Part shown: positions 9,878-22,389 of the stretch, piece by piece
Layout: each line of letters opens with the position of its first letter
Position numbering within the stretch: position 1 is the stretch's first letter
Assembly: GCA_963835065.1 (NCBI GenBank)
Contig: CAWIEK010000002.1
Coordinates: 64,001-128,000, forward strand
Source: an uncultured Chthonomonadaceae bacterium
GTDB taxonomy: Bacteria; Armatimonadota; Chthonomonadetes; Chthonomonadales; Chthonomonadaceae
Length of the DNA stretch: 64,000 nucleotides
Direction: 5' to 3'
Notes under the pieces: model-generated
The model's database searches: none
Told to the model about the DNA's origin: nothing
Seen by the model: the letters and a program-made list of their open reading frames with translations, nothing else
Position numbers and translations under genes: made by a program

Positions 9878-10029
9878 AACCACCCGCTTCGCTAGAGACA
9901 CAGAGACACAGAGGAAAAGCCAATGCGAGAAGGAGAGAAGGGAGAAACCGCGTTCCTTCTTTTATCTCCTCTTTTTTCTCGTATCGGTTCTTCCTCTGTG
10001 TCTCTGTGTCTCTAGCGAAGCGGGTGGTT
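9878..10029. repeat. Long palindromic element with a 39-bp perfect IR; possible bidirectional terminator
   Basis: aaccacccgcttcgctagagacacagagacacagaggaa (9878-9916) and its exact reverse complement (9991-10029) between convergent genes. Confidence 0.85.
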
Positions 10030-10031
10030 CA

Positions 10032-12014
10032 TTACTCTACCGTGACGCTTTTGGCAAGGTTGCGCGGCTGGTCTATTTCGCAGCCTCGGACGCGGGCGAC
10101 ATGGTACGCCAACAACTGCATCGGAACCATTGCTACAATCGGCATCAGGGCATCATGGGTATTGGGAACCATGATGATCTGATCGGCGCAATCGGGGGCT
10201 TCCGCGCCCTCGCGCACGACGGCGATAATGGTTCCCTCCCGCGCTTTCACTTCCTTTAAGTTGCTGACCATCTTTTCGTTGGTGGCGGTTTGCGTACAAA
10301 AGCCCACAACCGCAACGCCGGGTTCCACGAGCGCAAGCGGGCCGTGCTTCATTTCCCCTGCCGGGTACGCTTCCGCGTGGAGGTAGGAAATCTCCTTCAA
10401 TTTCAGCGCGGCTTCCAGCGCGGCGGCGAAATCGTACCCGCGTCCCAGATAAAAGTAACTGTGGTGCTGCGACAGCAACTCCGCCATAGACGCAATGTAG
10501 GCATCCTGCGCCAAACATTGCTCGATTAGTTCGGGCAGGTGGCGCAAGGCATCAGGCAAGGATGAAGGATGAAGGATGAAGGATAAATCCGTTGCCGATT
10601 TTCGATTTTCGATTGCCGATTGCACTCCTTCTGTCTTATTTTCTTCTTCCTGTTCCCTGTTCCCTGTTCCCTGTTCCCTGAATTGCGCCAAATACAGTCC
10701 GAGCAGCGTCAGGGCGGTGAGTTGGGCGAGGTAGGCTTTGGTGCTGGCGACGCCGATCTCGGGGCCGGCCTGCGTGAGGAGAACGGCGTCGGCTTCCCGC
10801 GCCAGGGTGCTGCCGACGACGTTGACAACGGCCAGAGTCGTCGCGCCTTTGGCTTTGGCTTCGCGCATGGCCGCAAGGGTGTCCGCCGTTTCGCCGGATT
10901 GCGAAATCAGCACCACAAGGGTTTCTTCATCCACCAGCGGATCGCTGTAGCGGAACTCGCTGGCAACGCTCGCTTCTACGGGGCGGCGCAGCAATTGCTC
11001 GAACAGGCGCTTGCCGACCACGCCCGCATGATAGGCCGTGCCGCAGCCCACAATCGCCACGCGCCGAAACTTTTCCCAATCCGTCGGCGTGAGCGAAATA
11101 CCGGGCAGGGATATGCTGCCGTTCTCATTCAGGCGTCCGCGCAGCGTGTCGCGCACCGTGCGCGGCCCCTCGTAAATCTCTTTTAGCATGAAGTGGGCAA
11201 AACCGCCCTTTTCCGCCGCCGCATCGTCCCACGTCACGTTCAGCGGAACGCGCTCCACAGGTTCGCCAATCGCATTGGTGACGCAAACCCCGTCCGGCGT
11301 CAGCATGGCAAAATCGCCATCCTCAAGCAAGATCACCCGGCGCGTATAGCGCATCACGGCGGGTATGTCGGACGCCAGAAAATTCTCGCCCTCGCCCAAT
11401 CCAATCACAAGGGGCGAGTCTTTCCGCGCCACAAAAACCGTATCCGGCGCATCCTGCGAAATCACGGCGATAGCATACGAGCCGGTCACGCGCAACAGGG
11501 CGCGGCGAATAGCGGTAGAAAGCAAGGATGAAGGATGAAGGATGAAGGATGAAGTCTCTTCTTCTGTTCCCTGTTCCCTGTTCCCTGTTCCCTTCACTTC
11601 TTCAAACGTAGCGCTAATCAAATGCGCCAACACTTCCGTGTCGGTTTCTGAAGCGAAGACGATGCCCTGTTCGATCAGTTCGCGGCGCAGTTCGGCGTAG
11701 TTTTCGATGATGCCGTTATGTACGACGGCGATGCGGCCTGTGCTGTCGCGGTGCGGGTGGGCGTTGGCTTCACTGGGGCGGCCATGCGTGGCCCAGCGCG
11801 TGTGGGCGATGGCGACATGCGACTGGTGCGGCGTCGTTTCTAAGACGCGCTCCAGATTGGCGATTTTGCCTACCGCCCGCACGATCTGAATCTGCGTACA
11901 GTTGGGAAACGCGATGCCCGACAAGTCGTAGCCGCGATATTCCAGCCGCTTCAGATTGGTCAGCGCGGTTTCCACCGCCGCGCCGTGTCCCACATAACCG
12001 GTGATTCCACACAT
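10032..12014 (-). CDS. glmS: Glutamine-fructose-6-phosphate aminotransferase with two repeat-derived in-frame insertions
   Basis: MCGI, HTRWATHG, HNGIIENY, SQSGETADT, ALKLKEISY, C-terminal PRNLAKSVTVE. Confidence 0.97.
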   Translation of the reverse strand: MCGITGYVGHGAAVETALTNLKRLEYRGYDLSGIAFPNCTQIQIVRAVGKIANLERVLETTPHQSHVAIAHTRWATHGRPSEANAHPHRDSTGRIAVVHNGIIENYAELRRELIEQGIVFASETDTEVLAHLISATFEEVKGTGNREQGTEEETSSFILHPSSLLSTAIRRALLRVTGSYAIAVISQDAPDTVFVARKDSPLVIGLGEGENFLASDIPAVMRYTRRVILLEDGDFAMLTPDGVCVTNAIGEPVERVPLNVTWDDAAAEKGGFAHFMLKEIYEGPRTVRDTLRGRLNENGSISLPGISLTPTDWEKFRRVAIVGCGTAYHAGVVGKRLFEQLLRRPVEASVASEFRYSDPLVDEETLVVLISQSGETADTLAAMREAKAKGATTLAVVNVVGSTLAREADAVLLTQAGPEIGVASTKAYLAQLTALTLLGLYLAQFREQGTGNREQEEENKTEGVQSAIENRKSATDLSFILHPSSLPDALRHLPELIEQCLAQDAYIASMAELLSQHHSYFYLGRGYDFAAALEAALKLKEISYLHAEAYPAGEMKHGPLALVEPGVAVVGFCTQTATNEKMVSNLKEVKAREGTIIAVVREGAEAPDCADQIIMVPNTHDALMPIVAMVPMQLLAYHVARVRGCEIDQPRNLAKSVTVE

Positions 12015-12227
12015 GGTACAGGTTCCTTATAGTTCAAATTGGTTTGGTGTTCAGGTATTCAGGTATTCAGGTGTTCGGGTGTTCAGGTGTTCAAGCATTG
12101 AGTTGTTCAGTTGATGCTTGTTAATCATAAGATTAATAATCAATAAGATTAAGAAGAACCTTACGGTTTGCTGCTTCCTGAACACCTGAACACCTGAATA
12201 CCTGAATACCTACATTTCAGGACGGAT

Positions 12228-13091
12228 TCACGGTTGGTTCGTGACAGTTTTAGCCGCTTCAAAGACAAAAATAGTTCCCTGCCGCTTCAAACGTTCCGCA
12301 AGGGCGATCATTTCCTCGCGCTGCGCTTCGGTCAGGGTATCGGTGACTAAGCGGACGGTTTTGCCTTCCAGAGTGGGACCGCCGAAGCCCCAGGGATGCC
12401 GACGGCCTAATTTTGTACTGTCGGCGGCAATGATGATTTCCGGCACGTTGGCGAGGAGTTGTTTCAGAAACGCGGCTTCTTCGGCGCGGTGGGAGTACAG
12501 GTCAAGCGACCCGTGCGTTCCATTGCCGAACAGGACGCCGCTGGCTCCGCAGATGGCAACACTCGGCTGAAACGCGCTGTGAAACTCCGGGGTGTGGAAC
12601 GCGCAATCGTCGGCAACGTAGATTTCGCCCAAGACGCCCGCCGACAATCCCCCCGCCACCAATTCCAGCAGGGAGGGAACGCTGTTGGTGAAGACAATGA
12701 GATTGTGCGGCGACTCGCCTTCGATATGGGCGCGACGCATCTCCTGCGCGACGGCATAAGTGGTGCTGCCTGCCGTGAGCGCGACAGCCAGATCATCCGG
12801 CAGGGAACACACAATCGCGCGGGCAATCGCCTGCTTGCTGGCCGCGTTGCGTCCCAACTGGTCGGTGAAGTAACCGGGACTGTACCCGGAACGCGCCACC
12901 ATGACTTTACTGCGCCGCACTTCCAGGCCGTTGACCCGCTGTAGCATCTTTTGCAGATGGTCCAGGTCGCGGCGGATGGTACGCGCGTCGCATTGCAAGT
13001 TGGCGGCAAGCGCGTCCAGTTCCTGCGCATCCTCGGTTTCGGAAAGCAGTTCCAGCAGGCGCATACGGCGCGAGTCGGCTTGTTCTGCCAT
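12228..13091 (-). CDS. DeoR/GlpR family transcriptional regulator
   Basis: N-terminal HTH TIRRDLDHL, KQAIA, AGSTT, VFTNS, ADSTKLG; GGGAGG SD before ATG 13091. Confidence 0.85.
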   Translation of the reverse strand: MAEQADSRRMRLLELLSETEDAQELDALAANLQCDARTIRRDLDHLQKMLQRVNGLEVRRSKVMVARSGYSPGYFTDQLGRNAASKQAIARAIVCSLPDDLAVALTAGSTTYAVAQEMRRAHIEGESPHNLIVFTNSVPSLLELVAGGLSAGVLGEIYVADDCAFHTPEFHSAFQPSVAICGASGVLFGNGTHGSLDLYSHRAEEAAFLKQLLANVPEIIIAADSTKLGRRHPWGFGGPTLEGKTVRLVTDTLTEAQREEMIALAERLKRQGTIFVFEAAKTVTNQP

Positions 13092-13291
13092 GAACGTTAC
13101 AGCCTCCCGGCAAATGATGAAGGAAAAGGGAAAGAGGTTTGAATAAAACGGCTCCTGCGCTGAAAACAACGCGCCTATGTCTCATTATGGCAGCACAGGG
13201 ACACAATATCAAGGGTAAAATGCACAAATTCTTCAAATTCGTGACAAAAAGATTACCGAGAATAAGATTAGTGGCGACGGAAAAATTGTTC

Positions 13292-13320
13292 TTGACAGTT
13301 GGCGCGGAATTTCTTACAAT
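13292..13320 (+). promoter_or_regulatory. sigma70-type promoter
   Basis: TTGACA-17-TACAAT upstream of the amidase. Confidence 0.6.
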
Positions 13321-13436
13321 GCAAGGAGAAAATGTTGAAGAAGAAATGTTGAACGATGAGGGCAAGCAGGGTAAAGCGCGAACGATGCAGAAATTAGGCA
13401 GGAGCCGAACAGGAATGACGAAGAAAGGAGCGGAAT

Positions 13437-14204
13437 GTGAGCGGTGAAGGAACGCGCAAGCGAATACGTGGCGGGCGCAGGCGGCGCAGGCGGCTGTTAT
13501 TGCTGCTGTCGGGCGCAAGTTGTATGCTGTTGACCGTTTTAGGCATCGGCAGGCGGCTTCTGCACCGCAAGCCGGAAACGCCGCCGACACTGCCGCCGGT
13601 TGTGGTCGCGCCCCTCGTGCCGCTTGGCCCGCCCGGCATTGTGATCCATCATTCCGAGTCGCCCGCCGTGTATCACGGTATAGCCATGAACGCCGCCCGC
13701 TTGGAAGACATTCACCACCAGGAACACCCGGACTGGAAAACGGAGTACGAGGGCAAAACCTACTACATCGGCTACCACTATGTTATTTTGCCGGATGGCA
13801 CGGTGGAAACCGGACGGCCTGAAGGCTGCATCGGCTCCCATGCCCGCTCGCATAACGATTGGATCGGCATTTGTCTGATTGGAGGCTTTCAAACCAACAA
13901 TCACTGGTTCCCGGAAACGCCGACAAAAGCGCAGATGAAAGCCCTCGTCGCGTTATGCGAGCATCTCATGTCGAAGTACCACATTCCGCCCGATCTGGTG
14001 AAGCGACACCGCGACATCAATGATACATGGTGTCCCGGCGACCGCTTTCCTTACAACAAACTGCTGGCGCAACTGCAAACGTATGCCGCTACGCACCCCG
14101 AAACCAAAGCCATCCCCGGCAGAATCGTCTCGCTGGAACATCCGCCGCCCCCCGGAAGGAAGAAGAAGGACAAGGCTGCGGACGACAAACATAAAATGAT
14201 TTAG
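13437..14204 (+). CDS. N-acetylmuramoyl-L-alanine amidase (Amidase_2), membrane anchored
   Basis: IVIHHS, IGYHYVI..DG.VE.GR, GSHA, IGICLIG, HRD...T.CPG zinc motifs; N-terminal TM. Confidence 0.9.
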   Translation: MSGEGTRKRIRGGRRRRRRLLLLLSGASCMLLTVLGIGRRLLHRKPETPPTLPPVVVAPLVPLGPPGIVIHHSESPAVYHGIAMNAARLEDIHHQEHPDWKTEYEGKTYYIGYHYVILPDGTVETGRPEGCIGSHARSHNDWIGICLIGGFQTNNHWFPETPTKAQMKALVALCEHLMSKYHIPPDLVKRHRDINDTWCPGDRFPYNKLLAQLQTYAATHPETKAIPGRIVSLEHPPPPGRKKKDKAADDKHKMI

Positions 14205-14256
14205 CCCTGCGCGGTTATGGCTGTCAATCCAAAATGCGCCTGCCGCGCAATAGGCG

Positions 14257-14871
14257 TTATCGCGCTCCGTGCTGCAGGAGATAATTGACAATCTCAAAGT
14301 GGTGTTGGGCATCCGCGATGCGCAGCAGGGACGTATTCTCGCCATCTGCGGCGTTGACCTGCGCGCCGTGTTCGACCAGCATCTGCACGTTTTCCAGCGA
14401 ACCGCTCCGGCAGGCCAGCATCAGCGCGGTTTCTCCCTTGTGGTTGCGCAGGTTGACATTGGCGTGATGCTCCACCAGCGCGCGGACAATGGCGACGAAA
14501 TTGCCGCTGTTACCACGTGAAGAATCGTTGGTGAAGCGGGCGGCAAACATCAGGGGCGTATCGCCGTCCGGCGTGGCAAGGTCGGGGTTCGCGCCATAGC
14601 GCAGCAGCGTTTGCGTGGTCTGCACCGAACCGACAGCCGACGCCGTACATAAGGCCGGAAACCCTTGATCGCCACGGACGTTGGGATCGCAGCCCATTAC
14701 CAGCGCTTCCTCCACTTTCGGCGAGTTGGCGCAGTCAATCCACATCCACACGTCTCGATTATGCCACTGATGGTACAGCCAGAAACAGCATTGCAGCAGG
14801 ATGAGCGCGCAAACGCCGCCCGCGCAGGCCAGCGCTTGGCGTATAGGAGCCGATAATCGTCGCAGGCGCAT
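14257..14871 (-). CDS. Ankyrin repeat protein
   Basis: GDTPLMFAA, GETALMLAC, LVEHGAQVN repeats. Confidence 0.9.
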   Translation of the reverse strand: MRLRRLSAPIRQALACAGGVCALILLQCCFWLYHQWHNRDVWMWIDCANSPKVEEALVMGCDPNVRGDQGFPALCTASAVGSVQTTQTLLRYGANPDLATPDGDTPLMFAARFTNDSSRGNSGNFVAIVRALVEHHANVNLRNHKGETALMLACRSGSLENVQMLVEHGAQVNAADGENTSLLRIADAQHHFEIVNYLLQHGAR

Positions 14872-14989
14872 ACAGTGTCTCCTTAATTTAGGGTTTTAGG
14901 GTTTTAGGGTTCTATGTTTTTAGGGTAAGGTCACAGTGGTTATTTGTTCAACCCTAACCACCTGGAACCCTAAAACCCTAAAACCCTAT

Positions 14990-15847
14990 TCACGAGCTTC
15001 GCAACCGGGACAGAAACTGTTCAAAATTGTGCTGCGGTTCGTAGCCCAATTCGGCGGCTTTGCGGATGTCGTAGCGCGTGTGGATATGCGGAACATGCAG
15101 GCCGTGCTGCGCCAGCAGTTCCGTCGCGCCCGGATAATAGCGCTCGATTACGCTGTCCGGGTCGCTTGCCAGTTCCGGCCAATCTTCGTCCACGAATGGC
15201 TTGGCGCTTTGAATCAAGAAAGTCTCGCACTTGAACTCTTCCGCCACGATTGCGCCCAACGCCAGTTCATTGGCCTGCGCCACGTCCTCGCGATCCAGCC
15301 AGTTGTCCAGACGCCCCATGCCGGCCACTTTCCAGTCGGCGGGCATGAACATGCCGTAGCGCAAAATGGCGATGCGGAATCCATGCGCGCGGGCGTAATA
15401 GCGGCACATCTCTTCACTCAAATGCTTCGTCATCGGGTAGAGATGGGTGGGAATGGAGGGCACGTTTTCATCCATCACCCGAATCCCGCGCATTCCCTCT
15501 CCATAAACCTGATCGGTGGAAGAATACACCAGATTAGGAATCTGGTGCAGCAGCATGGCGCGCAGAATGTTATGGGTTCCGGTAACATTGACGCTGTAAT
15601 AGTCGTCCACGTTGCGCGAATCCGCCGCTGCGGAATGAAACGCGACCGCATGGATAATGGCGTCACAGCCCTGCATCGCATGAGTGACGGCAGCCGCGTC
15701 CCGAATGTCGGCCTGGATGCTGACGCTGCCTTCCGGCGCGAACATCGGCTCCAGATCGAACAACACCAACTGATGCCCCGAACCCAATAAGCGAGGGACT
15801 AACGCAAGAGGAAAGTTGCCCCGCGCCCCCGTAATCAGTATCTTCAT
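14990..15847 (-). CDS. NAD-dependent epimerase/dehydratase family protein
   Basis: MKILITGARG, NVTGTHN, YPMTK (YxxxK). Confidence 0.88.
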   Translation of the reverse strand: MKILITGARGNFPLALVPRLLGSGHQLVLFDLEPMFAPEGSVSIQADIRDAAAVTHAMQGCDAIIHAVAFHSAAADSRNVDDYYSVNVTGTHNILRAMLLHQIPNLVYSSTDQVYGEGMRGIRVMDENVPSIPTHLYPMTKHLSEEMCRYYARAHGFRIAILRYGMFMPADWKVAGMGRLDNWLDREDVAQANELALGAIVAEEFKCETFLIQSAKPFVDEDWPELASDPDSVIERYYPGATELLAQHGLHVPHIHTRYDIRKAAELGYEPQHNFEQFLSRLRSS

Positions 15848-16143
15848 TCTATAGTAGTTCCTTCCAATCACCCAACACCCAACACCTGACACCCAACACC
15901 AATGGATTGCTACTTGCATTGTAGTACGTATCCCGTTCCCGGTCAAGCGTTTTGCGAAAATAGTCTTTGTTCGGACGCGACAAAGGGAGCAGAACCCTTG
16001 ATACAAGGAAGAAGCGGGAACTAAGCCCTGATATATTACGTTGCAATGATGTATCGAGCCGATTTGCAGTATGTGGCTTAATACCTCTTTACTTCCGTAT
16101 CGCAAACGCAAGGAACTTTTTCCACAGAACAGGATAGCCAAAG

Positions 16144-17643
16144 ATGGAACCAAAACGCGCATTGGTGACGGGAGCGACAGGGTATGTCGGCGGACGGCTT
16201 GTTCCCCTGCTGCTGCAAAAAGGGGTTCGGGTTCGCTGCATGGCGCGGCAGCCGCGCCAATTGGAAGGCCGTTTTGACGGCAACCTTGCCGCGCCGGGAC
16301 AACTGGAAATCGCCGCCGGGGATGTGCTGAACCCGGAAGGTTTGGAGGCCGCGCTTCAGGGTGTGGATACGGCTTACTATCTCATCCACGCGATGGGCAG
16401 CAGCGCAAAAGGGTTTGAAGAACGCGACAAGATTGGCGCGATGAATTTTGCTAACGCGGCGGCAAAGGCGGGTGTTCGCCAAATTATTTATCTCGGCGGC
16501 TTGGGCAAGCGCGAGGAAGACACTTCCGCGCATTTGCACAGCCGGCATGAAGTAGGCGATGTGCTGCGCGCCGGCAAGGTGGCTGTGACGGAACTGCGGG
16601 CGGCGGTAATCGTCGGGGCAGGCAGCGCGTCGTTCGAGATGCTGCGCAGCCTGACCGAAAAGTTGCCGTTCATGCTGTGTCCGAAGTGGGTCAACACGCG
16701 CACACAGCCGATTTTTATCAACGACGCGCTTGCCTATCTCGTGGGCGCAATGGAGTGCGAGGCGTGTGGCGGGCGCATACTCGACATTGGTGGCCCGGAT
16801 GTGATGACGTACAAGGAAATGATGCTTGCGTATGCCGAAGTACGCCATCTAAAACGGACAATCATAGATGTGCCCGTACTGACGCCGCACCTGTCCGCCT
16901 ACTGGGTCAACTTGATGACGACCATCCCCGCGTCCATTGCGTTCCCCCTGATTGAAGGCTTGCGCTCCGAAACCATCGTTGAAAACGACGAGGCGCAACG
17001 GTTGCTTCCGCTTCCGCTCACGCCGTTCCGCGAAGCCGTTGCCCGCGCGCTCCGCGATACGAGTGACGCCAAAGTACCGACTCGCTGGTCGGGAGCGACG
17101 CGGGGACAAGTGCCGCGCATGCTGGACGCCACGCCGCCGGACAAAACCTTGATTCGCAACCAACAGATCGTCGAGACACGAGCAAGCGCGGAAATGCTGC
17201 ACCGAGCGACAGCGCGTATCGGCGGCAAAGTGGGCTGGTATTATGCGGATTTCCTGTGGGAGATTCGCGGGGCCATGGATCGGCTGATTGGCGGCGCGGG
17301 AGTGCGCCGGGGCAGGCGCGACCCGGAGCAAGTGGCAATCGGGGATGCCATAGATTTTTGGCGCGTGGAGGATTATACGCCCACGCGCCTGCTGCTGCGC
17401 GCGGAAATGATCGTGCCGGGGCGGGCATGGCTGGAGTTCCAAATCAAAGAGTTAGGCAACGGCACACGCCAGTTGGCGCAGACAGCCTATTACTATCCCA
17501 ACGGTATTTTGGGTTACGCTTACTGGTATGCCTGCCTGCCGTTCCATGTTTTTGTGTTTGGCGGCATGGCGCGCAACATTGTCCAATGGGCTGAGAAAGC
17601 GGAGCAAATCGAAAATCAAGCGTATGCCAATAACGCGGCGTGA
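16144..17643 (+). CDS. YbjT-like atypical SDR oxidoreductase with C-terminal DUF2867
   Basis: LVTGATGYVGGRL, HL.SR.EV, IGG..GWY..FLW..RG..DRL.GG.G, GDAIDFWRV, AEM..PG.AWLEF. Confidence 0.9.
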   Translation: MEPKRALVTGATGYVGGRLVPLLLQKGVRVRCMARQPRQLEGRFDGNLAAPGQLEIAAGDVLNPEGLEAALQGVDTAYYLIHAMGSSAKGFEERDKIGAMNFANAAAKAGVRQIIYLGGLGKREEDTSAHLHSRHEVGDVLRAGKVAVTELRAAVIVGAGSASFEMLRSLTEKLPFMLCPKWVNTRTQPIFINDALAYLVGAMECEACGGRILDIGGPDVMTYKEMMLAYAEVRHLKRTIIDVPVLTPHLSAYWVNLMTTIPASIAFPLIEGLRSETIVENDEAQRLLPLPLTPFREAVARALRDTSDAKVPTRWSGATRGQVPRMLDATPPDKTLIRNQQIVETRASAEMLHRATARIGGKVGWYYADFLWEIRGAMDRLIGGAGVRRGRRDPEQVAIGDAIDFWRVEDYTPTRLLLRAEMIVPGRAWLEFQIKELGNGTRQLAQTAYYYPNGILGYAYWYACLPFHVFVFGGMARNIVQWAEKAEQIENQAYANNAA

Positions 17644-17846
17644 AACGCGAAGCAGAAGTCAAAGAGCAGAATAAATCCCATTCTTTAACTTCTGTTATCT
17701 GCGGCGGAAGTTAAATTCGCCCGACACGAATCCCTTGAAATAGCGTATGCTATAGCGGTACAAGTTGTAGAAGCAATTCTGAAGAAAAGATTGCGTGGCA
17801 TGGCCTGACGAACCACTATTAGTAATGCTATTTACAGGGTAATTTC

Positions 17847-18782
17847 GTGGACAACAAAATTGTGAACTCCGATGAATCCTTTCCGCCGCGTTCCCGTTCG
17901 CTTTCGGGGCTGGACGCGCTTAATTCCGTTTCTCACGCCGCCGCATTGGACGCGCTGGCGCAGGCCGTTCGTGGCGAAGATGCAGATATAGATGTGGGAT
18001 TGGCGGCCCTGCTCATTGCTGTAAACCACTATCCCCATCTGGACGTGGCGGCGTATATGCGGAAATTGGACGCATTGGCGCAGGGCGCGCGCAGCCGCAT
18101 CGGCAGAACCCGCCGCGCCGAAAAAATCGTGGAAGCCCTGAACGCTTATTTGTTTGAAGAGCGGCAATTTCAGGGCAACGCCGAAGACTATTACAACCCC
18201 GCCAACAGTTTTCTCAACGAGGTTCTGGATACGCGCCGGGGATTGCCCATTACCCTGAGCATTGTCTACATGGCCGTCGCGCAGCGTCTGGAACTGCCCG
18301 TCAGCGGCGTCGGCCTGCCCCTGCATTTCATCGTGCGCTACGATCCTCCTGCTTCCCGCCTCGGAAACACGCCGCCCATTCTCATAGACCCCTTTTACGG
18401 CGGAGAAATTCTGACGCCTGAACAATGCCGGGAGCGCATCGAGCGCATCATGGGCCGCGCCATCGGCTTCGACCCCGCTTATTTGCAGCCCACGCCCAAC
18501 CGCCTGATCCTGTACCGCCTGCTCAACAATTTGAAACAAGTGTATGTGCAGCGCGAGGAGCCGGCAAACGCCGGGCGCGTCGTGGAGCAAATGCTGGTGA
18601 TTATGCCGGACAGCGTGGAAGATATTCGTGACCGGGGCTTGCTGTTTTTGCAGGAACGCGCCTTTTCTCGTGCCATCAACTGGCTGACCCGCTATCTGGA
18701 ACGCATGCCCAAAGCGGAAGACGCCGGCCATATCCAGCGCGCCATTCAGCAGGCGTATATTTTGCGGGCGCAGTTGAATTAA
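17847..18782 (+). CDS. SirB1 / transglutaminase-like protein with TPR
   Basis: FQGN..DYY.P.NSFLN.VL..R.GLPITLS, G.GLP.HF, IDPF..G, RDRGLL. Confidence 0.88.
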   Translation: MDNKIVNSDESFPPRSRSLSGLDALNSVSHAAALDALAQAVRGEDADIDVGLAALLIAVNHYPHLDVAAYMRKLDALAQGARSRIGRTRRAEKIVEALNAYLFEERQFQGNAEDYYNPANSFLNEVLDTRRGLPITLSIVYMAVAQRLELPVSGVGLPLHFIVRYDPPASRLGNTPPILIDPFYGGEILTPEQCRERIERIMGRAIGFDPAYLQPTPNRLILYRLLNNLKQVYVQREEPANAGRVVEQMLVIMPDSVEDIRDRGLLFLQERAFSRAINWLTRYLERMPKAEDAGHIQRAIQQAYILRAQLN

Positions 18783-18790
18783 GGTGTCCC

Positions 18791-22382
<3,592 letters not shown>

Positions 22383-22389
22383 ACGCTCT

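Noticed and set aside
10558..11592. GlmS insertions as inteins or self-splicing introns
   Set aside because: Far too short, with no Cys/Ser...His-Asn ends and no group I/II features.
12015..12227. glmS ribozyme upstream of glmS
   Set aside because: The region consists of octamer tracts and an AT-rich loop; no ribozyme core was recognisable by eye. An Infernal search would be decisive.
14888..14987. Telomere-like (TTTTAGGG)n tracts, also at 36371-36406 and 62498-62540, as eukaryotic contamination or telomeres
   Set aside because: Only 2-4 units, embedded between bacterial genes, with the same inverted-pair layout as the other short-repeat modules.
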